From: Laetmonice hystrix
Lineage: Eukaryota
Reading direction: 5' to 3'
Assembly (NCBI GenBank): GCA_965235115.1
Contig: OZ249436.1
Coordinates: 2,110,001-2,174,000, forward strand
DNA: 64,000 nt
Within the stretch, counting starts at the first letter, position 1. Every line of letters begins with the position of its first letter. A program made the translations under genes and the position numbers. This document shows positions 25,691-38,720 of the stretch, one piece after another. Under the pieces are notes generated by a model that did no database searches, had not been told where the DNA came from, and saw nothing but the letters and a program-made list of their open reading frames with translations.

Positions 25691-26099
25691 AGGTTCCTTG
25701 GCGGAGGTCGGAGGACCTAGATTAGGGGTTATACAGTGATATACAATGTATATGTCCATGTCGGTTTGATTTCGTGGAGATTTCACCATTGGAATCTACC
25801 ATCTCCTAATACATGTGGGAGCCGTGATCGGCAGGGCACCACAGCTGGTGGCGCCATCTATCGCAGAGACGTGTCACATGGTGGGGCTCTTTGTGAAGGC
25901 GGCTGTGGAGTGCCTGTACTGACCGAGTCCTTCTCACTGGCTGGCTACAGACCAAGCCGACCGTCGTCTAAGCTGGGTGGTGTAATTAGAACTAATAAAT
26001 GACAGGATCACTCGAGTCTGAGAGAGGTGTGATGAAGTGGGTGAGGGACTAGGTGCTGGGAGAGAGCTCGGCCATCGGTCATTCCAGAGACATAAGTTG

Positions 26100-26840
26100 G
26101 TGGTTAGGGTTCGGGTCAGGGATGGGTAAACGGCTTGTTGAAAACATTGGACCGGAAGTAGGGGTTAGGGTCAGGGATGGGTAAACGGCTTGTTGAAAAC
26201 ATTGGACCAGAAGTAGGGGTTAGGGTCAGGGATAGGTAAACGGCTTTTATAAAACATTGGGCCGGAAGTAGGGGTTAGGGTCGGGGATAGGTAAAGGGCT
26301 TTTATAAAACATTGGACCGGAAGTAGGGGTTAGGGTCAGGGATAGGTAAACGGCTTGTTGAAAACATTGGACCAGAAGTAGGGGTTAGGGTCAGGGATAG
26401 GTAAACGGCTTTTATAAAACATTGGGCCGGAAGTAGGGGTTAGGGTCGGGGATAGGTAAAGGGCTTTTATAAAACATTGGACCGGAAGTAGGGGTTAGGG
26501 TCGGGGATAGGTAAAGGGCTTTTTGAAAACATTGGACCGGATGTAGGGGTTAGGGTCAGGGCTGGGTAAACGGCTTTTTAAAAACATTGGACCGGATGTA
26601 GGGGTTAGGGTCAGGGATAGGTAAAGGGCTTTTTAAAAACATTGGACCGGAAGTAGGGATTAGGGTCAGGGATAGGTTAACGGCTTTTATAAAACATTGG
26701 ACCGGAAGTAGGGGTTAGGGTCAGAGATAGGTAAACGGCTTTTATAAAACATTGGACCGGAAGTAGGGGTTAGGGTCAGAGATAGGTAAACGGCTTTTAT
26801 GAAACATTGGACCGGAAATAGGGGTTAGGGTTAGGGGTAG
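26100..26840. repeat. 55-bp minisatellite, ~13 copies
   Basis: Unit ggggttagggtcagggataggtaaacggcttttataaaacattggaccggaagta. Confidence 0.95.
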
Positions 26841-26857
26841 GTTTGGGCCCAGACAAC

Positions 26858-27181
26858 GGACAGCGATGGGCTATAGTCGTCTCTACATGGACAGCGATCG
26901 GCTATGGTCGTCTGTACTCAGACAGCGATCGGCTATGGTCGTCTGTACTCGGACAGCGATGGGCTATGGTCGTCTGTACTCGGACAGCGATGGGCTATGG
27001 TCGTCTGTACTCGGACAGCGATAGGTTATGGCCGTCTGTACATGGACAGCGATGGGCCATGGTCGTCTGTACATGGACAGCGATGGGCTATGGTCGTCTG
27101 TACTTGGACAGCGATGGGCTATGGTCGTCTGTACTCGGACAGCGATGGGCTATGGTCGTCTGTACTCGGACAGCGATCGGC
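26858..27181. repeat. 31-bp minisatellite, ~10 copies
   Basis: Unit ggacagcgatgggctatggtcgtctgtactc. Confidence 0.95.
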
Positions 27182-27629
27182 AGCTCGTAAAAACTCAATC
27201 TCATTATTTGCTGGGTGGTCCTGAGCTCAGGTTACAGTCATGACGCACGACTTTAGTCCAAGTATTTAAATCACATGATTTGAGTCGTTAAATATAGCTA
27301 CATTTACACAGATGATATTAATTTAAGAAATTATATGGAGGTCGCAATATCTTTTTTTTTTACCTCGTGAAGTCATGAAGTTAAAATGAGGATAAAGTTC
27401 TATGAGAGGACAATCGGCCCCTTACGGCCAGTAAAACTCGTTCACGTAACATGGGGCCAGAAATATAAGGGACCATTGACACGAACATCAGATTGACGTC
27501 CAGGTTGATACAAGTTACGAAACGCTTTCATTTGTTTAACAGTTTTATCAGTACATTTCGTCGATGTGAAATGATTGGGTCGTAGTCACGTGTCCGCTGT
27601 AGCCTGGGCGGACTCCCGGTTCCTCGCCC

Positions 27630-28335
27630 TGTCCTGTACCGTGACCGGTTTCCCTTCCGTCCCTCCCCGTCCCCCGTCCCCGTCCCCCGTCCCCGTCCCC
27701 CGTCCCCCGTCCCCCCGCCTCCCATCCCCCGCCCCCGGACCCTCCTGCACCGTGACCGCCCTCCCCGTCCCCCCCGTCCCCCCCGCCTCCCCGGACCGTC
27801 CTGCACCGTGACCGCCCTCCCCTCCCCCGTCCCCGGACCGTCCTGCACCGTGACCGCCCTCCCTGCCCCCCGTCCCCAGACCGTCCTGCACCGTGACCGC
27901 CCTCCCCTCCCCATCCCCGGACCGTCGTGTACCGTGACCGCCCTCCCTGCCCCCCGTCCCCGGACCGTCCTGCACCGTGACCGCCCTCCCTGCCCCCCGT
28001 CCCCGGACCGTCCTGCACCGTGACCGCCCTCCCTGCCCCCCGTCCCCGGACCGTCCTGCACCGTGACAGCCCTCCCCGTCCCCGGACCGTCCTGCACCGT
28101 GACCGCCCTCGCCTCCCCCGTCCTCGGACCGTCGTGTACCGTGACCACCCTCCCCTCCCCCGTCCCCGGACCGTCCTGCACCGTGACCGCCCTCCCTGCC
28201 CCCCGTCCCCGGACCGTCGTGTACCGTGACCGCCCTCCCGTCCCCCCGCCTCCGGACCGTCCTACACCGTGACCGCCCTCCCCGCCCCCCCCCCCCGTCC
28301 CCGGACCGTCCTGCACCGTGACCGCCCTCCCCTCC
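27630..28335. repeat. C-rich ~43-bp minisatellite (G-quadruplex-prone on the minus strand)
   Basis: Unit ccccggaccgtcctgcaccgtgaccgccctccctgccccccgt. Confidence 0.92.
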
Positions 28336-28939
28336 CCAGAGTCCTCCATGATCCCCAGTTCGTGCACGGCCTGCTCCAAGACCCGTCCTAGACTTTGCCC
28401 CTTTTGTTCCATCCAGACACAGAGATTTAGTACACGTCTAACAGCTACTGTTTACTCAGGTAGCTCGCTGCCAACAGTCGCATTTCATTTATTTATGTCA
28501 GCCCCGCTATAGTTTCACATCATCATGTCATTGTTTTTCTCGTGTGAGTGTTTGCCACTCATCTGTTACCATATATCTAATGAAAAACGGCAAAACGCAA
28601 AAAGAGCGCCACGGTTTTTCAAATTCCCGACCGGGAGTTTTTTCTTGAGTCTGTATCCATTTTGTGCCAGTATCCTGATGTGTTCCCTTTGAAAGGTTTT
28701 CCTGATTTCTAACCTTCCATTTCGATGGGAAGCCCACCTGATCACCTGTGGATGTCCGTGTTTTTACTAACACCTGGGTTTAGCCAACCGTTAGGTCAAT
28801 ATTGACTGACTCAGGCCCGTCTGTGCTGAGTGTTGGTCAGGATTCGGTTCATGCTGAGTGTTGTTTTCTCATTCAGGATTCATTGGTGTAATATCGACTC
28901 AATATGGAGGTCATTATGATCCGGTGATCTTGGATCTAT

Positions 28940-29865
28940 GTAACCCCTCGACCCAAGGACCAGTGACCGGGTGGGTCTATGGATCCACAAACCCTCGAAC
29001 CCAAGGACCAGTGACCGGGTTAAGGTTGGGTCTATGGATCCACAAACCCTCGAACCCAAGGACCAGTGACCGGGTTAAGGTTGGGTCTATGGATCCACAA
29101 ACCCTCGAACCCAAGGACCAGTGACCGGGTTTAGGTTGGGTCTATGGATCCACAAACCCTCGAACCCAAGGACCAGTGACCGGGTTTAGGTTGGGTGTAT
29201 GGATCCACAAACCCTCGAACCCAATGACCAGTGACCGGGTTAAGGTTGGGTCTATGGATCCACAAACCCTCGAACCCAAGGACCAGTGACCGGGTTAAGG
29301 TTGGGTCTATGGATCCACAAACCCTCGAACCCAAGGACCAGTGACCGGGTTAAGGTTGGGTCTATGGATCCACAAACCCTCGAACCCAAGGACCAGTGAC
29401 CGGGTGGGTCTGTGGATCCACAAACCCTCGAACCCAATGACCAGTGACCGGGTTTAGGTTGCGTCTATGGATCCACAAACCCTCGAACCCAAGGACCAGT
29501 GACCGGGTTAAGGTTGGGTCTATGGATCCACAAACCCTCGAACCCAAGGACCAGTGACCGGGTTTAGGTTGGGTCTATGGATCCACAAACCCTCGAACCC
29601 AATAACCACTGACCGGGTGGGTCTATGGATCCACAAACCCTCGAACCCAATGACCAGTGACCGGGTTAAGGTTGGGTCTATGGATCCACAAACCCTCGAA
29701 CCCAAGGACCACTGACCGGGTTAAGGTTGGGTCTATGGATCCACAAACCCTCGAACCCAAGGACCAGTGACCGGGTTAAGGTTGGGTCTCTCAACAAACC
29801 TTCGAACCCAAGGACCAGTGACCGCGTTTAGGTTGGGTCTATGGATCCACAAACCCTCGAACCTA
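28940..29865. repeat. 55-bp minisatellite, ~17 copies
   Basis: Unit ggatccacaaaccctcgaacccaaggaccagtgaccgggttaaggttgggtctat. Confidence 0.96.
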
Positions 29866-30265
29866 TGGCCAATGACTGGTTCTACGTTGATTCTATGTAT
29901 CAAACGGATCAAGATCCCATCCTCGGCCCGTTAACGTAATCGTGTGGTCAGGACCCAGGTGTTAGCGGCCGAACCCAGCCGCTGCACGTTAACGTAATCG
30001 TGTGGTCAGGACCCAGGTGTCTGCACGTTAACGTAATCGTGTGGTCAGGACCCAGGTGTCTGCACGTTAACGTAATCGTGTGGTCAGGACCCAGGTGTCT
30101 GCACGTTAACGTAATCGTGTGGTCAGGACCCTGGTGTCTGCCCGTTAACGTAATCGTGTGGTCAGGACCCAGGTGTCTGCACGTTAACGTAATCGTGTGG
30201 TCAGGACCCTGGTGTCTGCCCGTTAACGTAATCGTGTGGTCAGGACCCAGGTGTCTGCACGTTAA

Positions 30266-31147
30266 AAGAAAAGACCACCGCCAGTCTGTACAGGCCAGGC
30301 ACACAGGCCGTGATATTCGAAGCAAGTTAAAACACAATTGGTGCTCAAATAGTTAAGATATAAGCACTTCAGTGCCGGAGCCTGCTTAGAACCTGCTCCG
30401 CTGGTGATGGCGGCCATAGCTGTCTGCTTGGGCAAATCTCTTGGTCTAATCTCACTTTGCGCATGCTCCAACCACTGCTCTCCAGTTTGGGAGGAACGAA
30501 AAACTGACGCACCTGTTGCGTTGAGCGAACCATAGACCATACTGTATGGTCTATGAGCGAACGTTGACAGCTTATTTATATAAGCAAAATTTGTTAGAAC
30601 ATAGACGAAAACTACCGATCATAGTAAAGAGGATTGGCTAGGAATTAAGCCTACCGATGTCAGGGGATATATCAGGGTGGACACGGATCTCGGCAAGCTC
30701 CAGCCGTGGGTTTCGGCCGCCTGCATTCGTACTGTTGACGGCACCCGCAGTGCGACTGGGCCGGGCCCTGACCGTGGCTTCGACCGCGGGCGGGTGCTGA
30801 CAGTGTCAGACTCTTGTGGTCACTTCAGCACAGATCTGTTTTAGTTGTGACTGTGACTGTGGGACTGACCCCCGTTGATTTTGCCGACCCGCCCCGGCTG
30901 CCTTTACTTTAGTCTAGTCTAGCCTAGCGCCTGCATACAATAGATTAGCCCCGAAACGTCACTTCCGGCCAGCCCAATAGCAACAAATGGCTGCGCCGCT
31001 GAAGCCAGTGATTTTGTCACAGTTGTCATGTTCAACATATGACTTTTTGGAATGGGGAGATATTTATTTCCAACCACTACTCTGAAAGGTGAGTGCATAT
31101 AGAGGCCTTGCAGCTGTCCAAATGTGATTTTTGACTGGTCTTCTCCT
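30266..31147. mobile_element. non-autonomous Kolobok-like DNA transposon inserted in the 39-bp minisatellite
   Basis: TTAA TSD at 30262-30265 and 31148-31151. Short imperfect TIR aagaaaagacca / tggtcttctcct with RR...YY ends. The array resumes in register on the other side. Confidence 0.75.
30531..30555. mobile_element. 25-bp palindromic micro-insertion with 7-bp TSD
   Basis: agcgaac|catagaccatac-t-gtatggtctatg|agcgaac. Confidence 0.7.
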
Positions 31148-31714
31148 TTAACGTAATCGTGTGGTCAGGACCCTGGTGTCTGCACGTTAACGTAATCGTG
31201 TGGTCAGGACCCAGGTATCTGCACGTTAACGTAATCGTGTGGTCAGGACCCAGGTGTCTGCACGTAAACGTAATCGTGTGGTCAGGACCCAGGTGTCTGC
31301 ACGTTAACGTGTGGTCAGGACCCAGGTGTTAACAGCCGAACCCAGCCGTACCAACCGCCGTGGAGGAACCAAACTGACGTCACCAACTGGAGGCGCTCCA
31401 GACGTTTGAAGGTTGATGAATACCACATGGTCACTACTTTAGTACACGTGAACAAAAGGTCAGCGACCTGTCATTGTATACCGGTCGGTTTATGGGTTGT
31501 TTGAACCAATTACTGCCGCCATACATCGGTTAACTGATCCAAGGATCGATCAGGACATGCCTGCCATCGTCCAGACAAACACTGCCCTGCCCCCTGGCGG
31601 CAGTTTGTGAACGATGGATTGTCTCCAGATGGGGTTAGTGTGAACGATGACGTGTAGGGGCATTGACTGACAGCCTTGTACCCCACTCATGCCACGCAGG
31701 GGGTTTGTGTCCTT

Positions 31715-31915
31715 TCAGTTGACGGTAGTGTGGTTGAGGGTAGTGTGGTTGAGGGTAGTGTGGTTGAGGGTAGTGTGGTTGAGGGTAGTGTGGTTGAGGG
31801 TAGTGTGGTTGAGGGTAGTGTGGTTGAGGGTAGTGTGGTTGAGGGTAGTGTGGTTGAGGGTAGTGTGGTTGACGGTAGTGTGGTTGACGGTAGTGTGGTT
31901 GACGGTAGTGTGGTG
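31715..31915. repeat. 15-bp minisatellite, ~13 copies
   Basis: Unit ggttgagggtagtgt. Confidence 0.96.
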
Positions 31916-32584
31916 GTTGTTGGCAGGTTACGATGGTTGCGGATCAAAGCGTTCAGCCTTGGGGCACGGCAGTAGCTAGGAGAAACAGGTTTTGTCCCGT
32001 GTGTTTGCTCGTTTACACGACCAGACACGGAGTCGGGGTCCCGTCGTAACAGTTCTATACAATGTCAGGGGTGGATTAGGGTTAGGGGCAGGGGTTAGGG
32101 ACAGGGGTTAGGGCAGGGATTAGGGTTAGGGGCAGGGATTGGGTTAAGGGCATGGCTAGTAATCGGAGGTAGTTTTTGTTGGGGGGGGGGGGATCCAAGG
32201 ACGAAGGTTTGGTGTAATGGGAAATGGTTTCTGCTAGATATTGATATATATTTGTGGATGTCAGGGTGTCACCATCGCATGGTTGAAGGGCCTGGTACCT
32301 GTAGTATTTTTGGCAGGACCCCCAGCCCTGCTGGGTCCCGGGGGCGGGGAAGCCCCCCCCCCCATCCCCCGGCAGCCGGTGTTGTGATGTCGGCGGCCCG
32401 TAATCGGACAATTAAAGTGGACGTTTTACGGCCGGCGTGTGGCAAGCTCCCAGACGGCGGCCGGGTCGGGTTGGAGGGTTTTAGTTCTCTCAGGGGTTAA
32501 TACGGTGGAAACATGTGGCGATGAATGGTACGTCATACAAAGGCATGGTTGGACGTGATTAGCGGTGATTGGAAATGTACTGTT

Positions 32585-33445
32585 AGTATTTCAACCTTTG
32601 TTTGCGTTGTCACGGGAAGGGGGACGGGAAGATGTTGATATTTCAACCTTTGTTTGCGTTGTCACCGGAAGGGGTCTGGAAGATATATGTTGATATTTCA
32701 ACCTTTGTTTGCGTTGTCACCGGAAGGGGTCTGGAAGATATATGTTGATATTTCAACCTTTGTTTGCGTTGTCACAGGAAGGGGTCTGGAAGATATATGT
32801 TGATATTTCAACCTTTGTTTGCGTTGTCACCGGAAGGGGTCTGGAAGATATATGTTGATATTTCAACCTTTGTTTGCGTTGTCACCGGAAGGGGTCTGGA
32901 AGATATATGTTGATATTTCAACCTTTGTTTGCGTTGTCACAGGAAGGGGTCTGGAAGATTATGTTGATATTTCAACCTTTGTTTGCGTTGTCACCGGAAG
33001 GGGTCTGGAAGATTATGTTGATATTTCAACCTTTGTTTGCGTTGTCACCGGAAGGGGTCTGGAGGATTATGTTGATATTTCAACCTTTGTTTGCGTTGTC
33101 ACAGGAAGGGGACGGGAAGATATATGTTGATATTTCAACCTTTGTTTGCGTTGTCCCCGGAAGGGGTCTGGAAGATTATGTTGACATTTCAACCTTTGTT
33201 TGCGTTGTCACCGGAAGGTAGCTGCAGATATATGTTGATATTTCAACCTTTGTTTGCGTTGTCACCGGAAGGTGGCTGCAGATATATGTTGATATTTCAA
33301 CCTTTGTTTGCGTTGTTCCAGGAAGGGGTCTGGAAGATATATGTTGATATTTCAACCTTTGTTTGCGTTGTCACCGGAAGGTGGCTGCAGATATATGTTG
33401 ATATTTCAACCTTTGTTTGCGTTGTCACAGGAAGGGGACGGGAAA
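32585..33445. repeat. ~55-bp minisatellite, 16 copies, whose last unit contains the unc-13 acceptor at 33430
   Basis: Unit tatatgttgatatttcaacctttgtttgcgttgtcac(c/a)ggaaggggtctggaaga. Confidence 0.97.
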
Positions 33446-33554
33446 TGGCTGTCGCTGGACTCGGAACTAATCATGCGGAACGGCCAAGTGATTGGGACTC
33501 AGACCCCGACCGGACACAGCGTGCTCATCGACGCCCGCTTCGAACTCCCATACG
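33431..33554 (+). CDS. unc-13: unc-13 coding exon, end of C2A ([41 protein letters not shown])
   Basis: Acceptor gttgtcacag| and donor |gtgagt; 124 bp, phase 0 to 1. Resembles Munc13 EGPGEW..L..E......GT..PT.H..L.D.RFELP. Confidence 0.95.
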
Positions 33555-35082
33555 GTGAGTCCACCCCACTCCTTCCACCTACCCCACCCCGCTCACGTTA
33601 GGGAGAACAGGGCAGGCTAGGATTTACATTCACTGTATTCTGGTCGTATTGGCTGGAACTGAAAGCCTGTTTAAATGTTATGGTAAAGAAAATTATCAAA
33701 AATTGACAATTAGTTTTAATTTTTTTTTAGAATTTACTTGTTTTGAGTGTGGTATAGGCCAACTAGGATAAGGAATTTATTATGTGAAAGCGCTAACAAA
33801 TACAAAACAAAAATAAATAAAAGTTTTTGTTGATCACGTGTCTAAAACAGTGGGCGTGAGCCGGAAAATATTAATCTCTCGTGATTAAGGACTTTAAAAA
33901 ACAGAAGCTCAAACAAAAAGTCTTCATGCACTTTTCATGTGTGCCAATCGTAGGTGAAACAGTTCCAGGAAGTGCAGGTAGGTGGCGCTCCGACCAAGCT
34001 ATGCGGTCATTGGTGGGCAGGGTCCACGTGACTCGTTCAGTAGGCGGTAGACGGGCAGGCAGAGCGGCATGGCGCTTGGCGTGTGTTTGGTGTGTGCTAG
34101 AACCTAGTGGTTACAGTTCCATCCAGGTGACCTGAGTCTCCATCATCGTGACCTTGAGCTGACGTCCACATATCTCCACACCTAATACGTCCTGGGTGAA
34201 GGTCATAATGGACAGATTAATCAGGAGGCAATTTATAACCATTCCACAGGAAGGATAGAATGTCGGTCCTGTATCGCACATAATTTACTCGTTTGTAAAG
34301 ATAGGAGTGTCTTCATGATTAAAAAAATCACCATAAACCGGTAATATCACTGTGTACAATGTTCCCGCTGTGGGCCAGGCCCGCTACTCGTACTACATAT
34401 AGGACATTCTGAAGTAGTCCATGCACCTAATGTTCACAGAGCTCGCTTTGGGTTGCTACATGGCTACATGAATACAAACTAACCTTATTCGAGCTTATAT
34501 TTTAATAGAAAGCTGTTGCTATGTCACCGAACTAACCGGGTCTTTGTATATAAATGCATGTATGGACGTAGGTCTTGGTAAAAGAACCCCCAACATTCCT
34601 TGAACAGTCCTAGAGACCCTTGGGTCTGCCTTACTAAGGTCTGGTTATTAACGATATCGTTAATGGGATCGTTATTAACCAGAGACTTTCCTATTGAAGT
34701 TAACGATATCGTTAGTTACCGGAGCTCAGTAAGACATGCCCCTGGCAGCACAACAAGAGGAAGCTTTAGCATAGACTCTAGTTTGTCTAGATAGCTGCTG
34801 CACTTTACAAAGTCAGGCCTACGTTAACAAGCCTGATGGTTTGATTGCTGCATTATGTGAACTGTACGGGTTTTTTTCTCAGACAGAAGGCGTGTGATGG
34901 CTTTTTGAAAAGAGCATATTTGTCATTTTTTGTTAAACAGCTCTTTTAGTTGAATATGTTGAGTATATCGAACGGTATGCTCAAAGTCAAATACAAATCT
35001 CATTTACTGCCATATTAACAGAGCGACTCCCATCGATCGGGAATGGTTAGTCTAACTGTGAGGCAGTTATTTCCAATGCCCA

Positions 35083-35460
35083 GCATTTGTTTATAGAATG
35101 TGCCTCCCACATGAGATAACATATCATTTGTTTATAGAATGTGCCTCCCACATGAGATAACATATCATTTGTTTATAGAATGTGCCTCCCACATGAGATA
35201 ACATATCATTTGTTTATAGAATGTGCCTCCCACATGAGATAACATATCATTTGTTTATAGAATGTGCCTCCCACATGAGATAACATATCATTTGTTTATA
35301 GAATGTGCCTCCCACATGAGATAACATACCATTTGTTTATAGAATGTGCCTCCCACATGAGATAACATACCATTTGTTTATAGAATGTGCCTCCCACATG
35401 AGATAACATATCATTTGTTTATAGAATGTGCCTCCCACATGAGATAACATATCATTTGTC
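35083..35460. repeat. 41-bp minisatellite, ~9 copies
   Basis: Unit catttgtttatagaatgtgcctcccacatgagataacatat. Confidence 0.96.
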
Positions 35461-35884
35461 TCATTTCTTGTCCTGGCGTACATAACATGGTACATAACAT
35501 GTGTTTCATAAATCCCTACTCGTGTTATCATTTTAAATGACAACAAAAATAGTTTTTTCTGCTCAAAATGACTTGAACCGTTAGAACTCTAAAATAGCCA
35601 AAAGCCAAATTACCCCTGCATGTTAACTTATAAACGAACGGGAAGGTCTCGTTTGGAATCACCGTCGGGTGGCGTGGGGAGTCGATTACCACGCCCTCTA
35701 CCGGGGAACTTGGATCAAAGGTGACGGTCGATGGTGCTGCCACCTAGCCATATATGTATGAGTTACCGGTAACGCAATCAGCGTCGACGCCCCCAGCTTC
35801 ACAAACAGCTGTTAGGCTCCGGGACGCACATCCTAAATTTTATTGGACATTAATTTTTGAACAGAGCAGCTGGAGCATTGGAAT

Positions 35885-36365
35885 CCCTGTAGATCTGTAA
35901 CCGTGAACTACTGATCAGATGATGTTTGTGTTCAGTCCGCCGCATATATCGAGAGTTCAAGATTCCACAGTCCTGTAGGTTTGTGACCGTGAACTACTGA
36001 TCAGATGATGTTTGTGTTCAGTCCGCCGCATATATCGAGAGTCCAAGATTCCACAGTCCTGTAGGTCTGTGACCGTGAACTACTGATCAGATGATGTTTG
36101 TGTTCAGTCCGCCGCATATATCGAGAGTCCAAGATTCCACAGTCCTGTAGGTTTGTGACCGTGAACTACTGATCAGATGATGTTTGTGTTCAGTCCGCCA
36201 CATATATCGAGAGTCCAAGATTCCACAGTCCTGTAGCTCTGTGACCGTGAACTACTGATCAGATGATGTTTGTGTTCAGTCCACCGCATATATCGAGAGT
36301 CCAAGATTCCACAGTCCTGTAGCTCTGTGACCGTGAACTACTGATCAGATGATGTTTGTGTTCAG
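35885..36365. repeat. 86-bp tandem repeat, ~5.5 copies
   Basis: gatgtttgtgttcagtc recurs at 35921, 36007 and onward. Confidence 0.95.
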
Positions 36366-36422
36366 TCTGTGGAAAGTGAACCCGGGTCCTAACGTATTCA
36401 CACCACAGTCACGACCACCGTT

Positions 36423-37570
36423 GTCACCCTCCAACCCATACTCAGTGAGAACCCAACCTTCTCCGTGTCTGGTGTGTGTGGGGTTACGTACAGGTCACCC
36501 ACCAACCCGTACTCAGTGAGAACCCAACCTTCTCCGTGTCTGGTGTGTGTGGGGTTACGTACAGGTCACCCTCCAACCCGTACTCAGTGAGAACCCAACC
36601 TTCTCCGTGTCTGGCGTGTGTGGGGTTACGTACAGGTCACCCACCAACCCGTACTCAGTGACTGTGAGAACCCAAGCTTCTCCGTGTCTGGTGTGTGTGG
36701 GGTTACGTACAGGTCACCCACCAACCCGTACTCAGTGAGAACCCAACCTTCTCCGTGTCTGGTGTGTGTGGGGTTACGTACAGGTCACCCACCAACCCGT
36801 ACTCAGTGAGAACCCAACCTTCTCCGTGTCTGGTGTGTGTGGGGTTACGTACAGGTCACCCTCCAACCCGTACTCAGTGAGAACCCAACCTTCTCCGTGT
36901 CTGGCGTGTGTGGGGTTACGTACAGGTCACCCACCAACCCGTACTCAGTGACTGTGAGAACCCAAGCTTCTCCGTGTCTGGTGTGTGTGGGGTTACGTAC
37001 AGGTCACCCACCAACCCGTACTCAGTGAGAACCCAACCTTCTCCGTGTCTGGCGTGTGTGGGGTTACGTACAGGTCACCCACCAACCCGTACTCAGTGAG
37101 AACCCAACCTTCTCCGTGTCTGGCGTGTGTGGGGTTACGTACAGGTCACCCACCAACCCGTACTCAGTGACTGTGAGAACCCAAGCTTCTCCGTGTCTGG
37201 TGTGTGTGGGGTTACGTACAGGTCACCCACCAACCCGTACTCAGTGAGAACCCAACCTTCTCCGTGCCTGGTGTGTGGGGTTACGTACAGGTCACCCACC
37301 AACCCGTACTCAGTGAGAACCCAACCTTCTCCGTGTCTGGCGTGTGTGGGGTTACGTACAGGTCACCCACCAACCCGTACTCAGTGAGAACCCAACCTTC
37401 TCCGTGTCTGGCGTGTGTGGGGTTACGTACAGGTCACCCACCAACCCGTACTCAGTGAGAACCCAACCTTCTCCGTGTCTGGCGTGTATGGGGTTACGTA
37501 CAGGTCACCCACCAACCCGTACTCAGTGAGAACCCAACCTTCTCCGTGTCTGGCGTGTGTGGGGTTACGT
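36423..37570. repeat. 71-bp minisatellite, ~16 copies (some 77-bp variants)
   Basis: Unit gtcacccaccaacccgtactcagtgagaacccaaccttctccgtgtctggtgtgtgtggggttacgtacag. Confidence 0.97.
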
Positions 37571-38037
37571 ATTCAGGGAACCCATTCGGCAGTCATTGGT
37601 CACAGATACCCCCCCCCCCCCCCCCCGGGACGCGTGAACTTGTGAACGCGCCCGGTGGTCGTGAGGAGCAGGGTTGTGTTTCCTCTCCGTGCCACCAGGG
37701 GGCATTACGTATTCAGCCGGCGTGCCGCGCGCCGCGTGGTACGTGGGACGAACGCCACACTACTCACAAATAGTCAAAGGATCACGCAAACAAAACGGAT
37801 GGAAGGGAAAATTCAACAGTTAGCAGATCTTTCCGAAAATATTAGTAAATCAAGCAGTTTCTGTTGCCATATTTAATAGCTTTGAACGGCGTACTTAGAC
37901 CCACTGATCCAGTGGGCCGATGACTTGTGAAAGGCTATTTGGTCACACAGACGTAGTCAAATTCAGTATTCAGTGTGTGATTTGACTGTTTCTGGTGTAG
38001 CACTGTTTACTTATATGTATTTGTTTCCTCTGCATAG

Positions 38038-38108
38038 ATCTGCCGGAGTCGGAAGCAGCGGAACTACAAAATAAACTCGAGGTACTAAACAACATCATGG
38101 ACCAAGAG
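38038..38108 (+). CDS. unc-13: unc-13 coding exon (DLPESEAAELQNKLEVLNNIMDQE)
   Basis: Acceptor ttcctctgcatag| and donor |gtgaga; 71 bp, phase 1 to 0. Continues the frame of the previous exon and resembles the post-C2A helix DIPEEEA...KLE.LN...DQ. Confidence 0.9.
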
Positions 38109-38674
38109 GTGAGATAACACAGTTCATATTTCTTTTATTCACATTTTTTACCACAGCAGCGGATCAGGCAGCGCCTGTTCTTCCCCCGGTGCCAGCTGTA
38201 TACACCTTATCCATGTTCTGAGTTCGTAAAGTAGTGATACCTAGTCAGAGTGCAGGATGAGATGAAAATGGGGTGACAGGATTTATATAATGAACTTACG
38301 TCTGTAGATGAGTCACCTGTATGCTAATGTAGAAAAATTATCATGTAAATTCAATTTATATCAAGTGTTCTGTTCTGAGATTATTGGGTAATGTCTTGGG
38401 ATGATTGAAATAGATGATATTCTCACCTAATTACGTTGAGGTGGATGCGTCTATGTCTAGACGAGGTAGTCATTAGACTGACAGCGCCCCCTATCGTCAA
38501 TTGGAGGAACTATGTGATGAATTGGCAATATACGAACAATACAGTGGTTTGAAATGTGACTTTGACAGTGAGATTCGAATATTAATGCATGGCAAGCCTT
38601 TAACCTCCCCCCATGCCCCGAGATGTCCGTATTTTTGTGGGTTTTATTAAATTTCTAATATGATTTTGTTGCAG

Positions 38675-38720
38675 CCAATAATAACGATGAAGGACCAAAG
38701 ACGAGGTACCTACTCACAAT
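38675..38720 (+). CDS. unc-13: unc-13 short coding exon (PIITMKDQRRGTYSQ + first base of S)
   Basis: Acceptor gattttgttgcag| and donor |gtaagt; 46 bp, phase 0 to 1. This is exactly the phase needed to join 38108 to 48549. Confidence 0.8.

Larger units (their letters stand above)
29928..31350. repeat. 39-bp minisatellite split by the TTAA element
   Basis: Unit cacgttaacgtaatcgtgtggtcaggacccaggtgtctg at 29928-30265 and 31148-31350. Confidence 0.95.
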
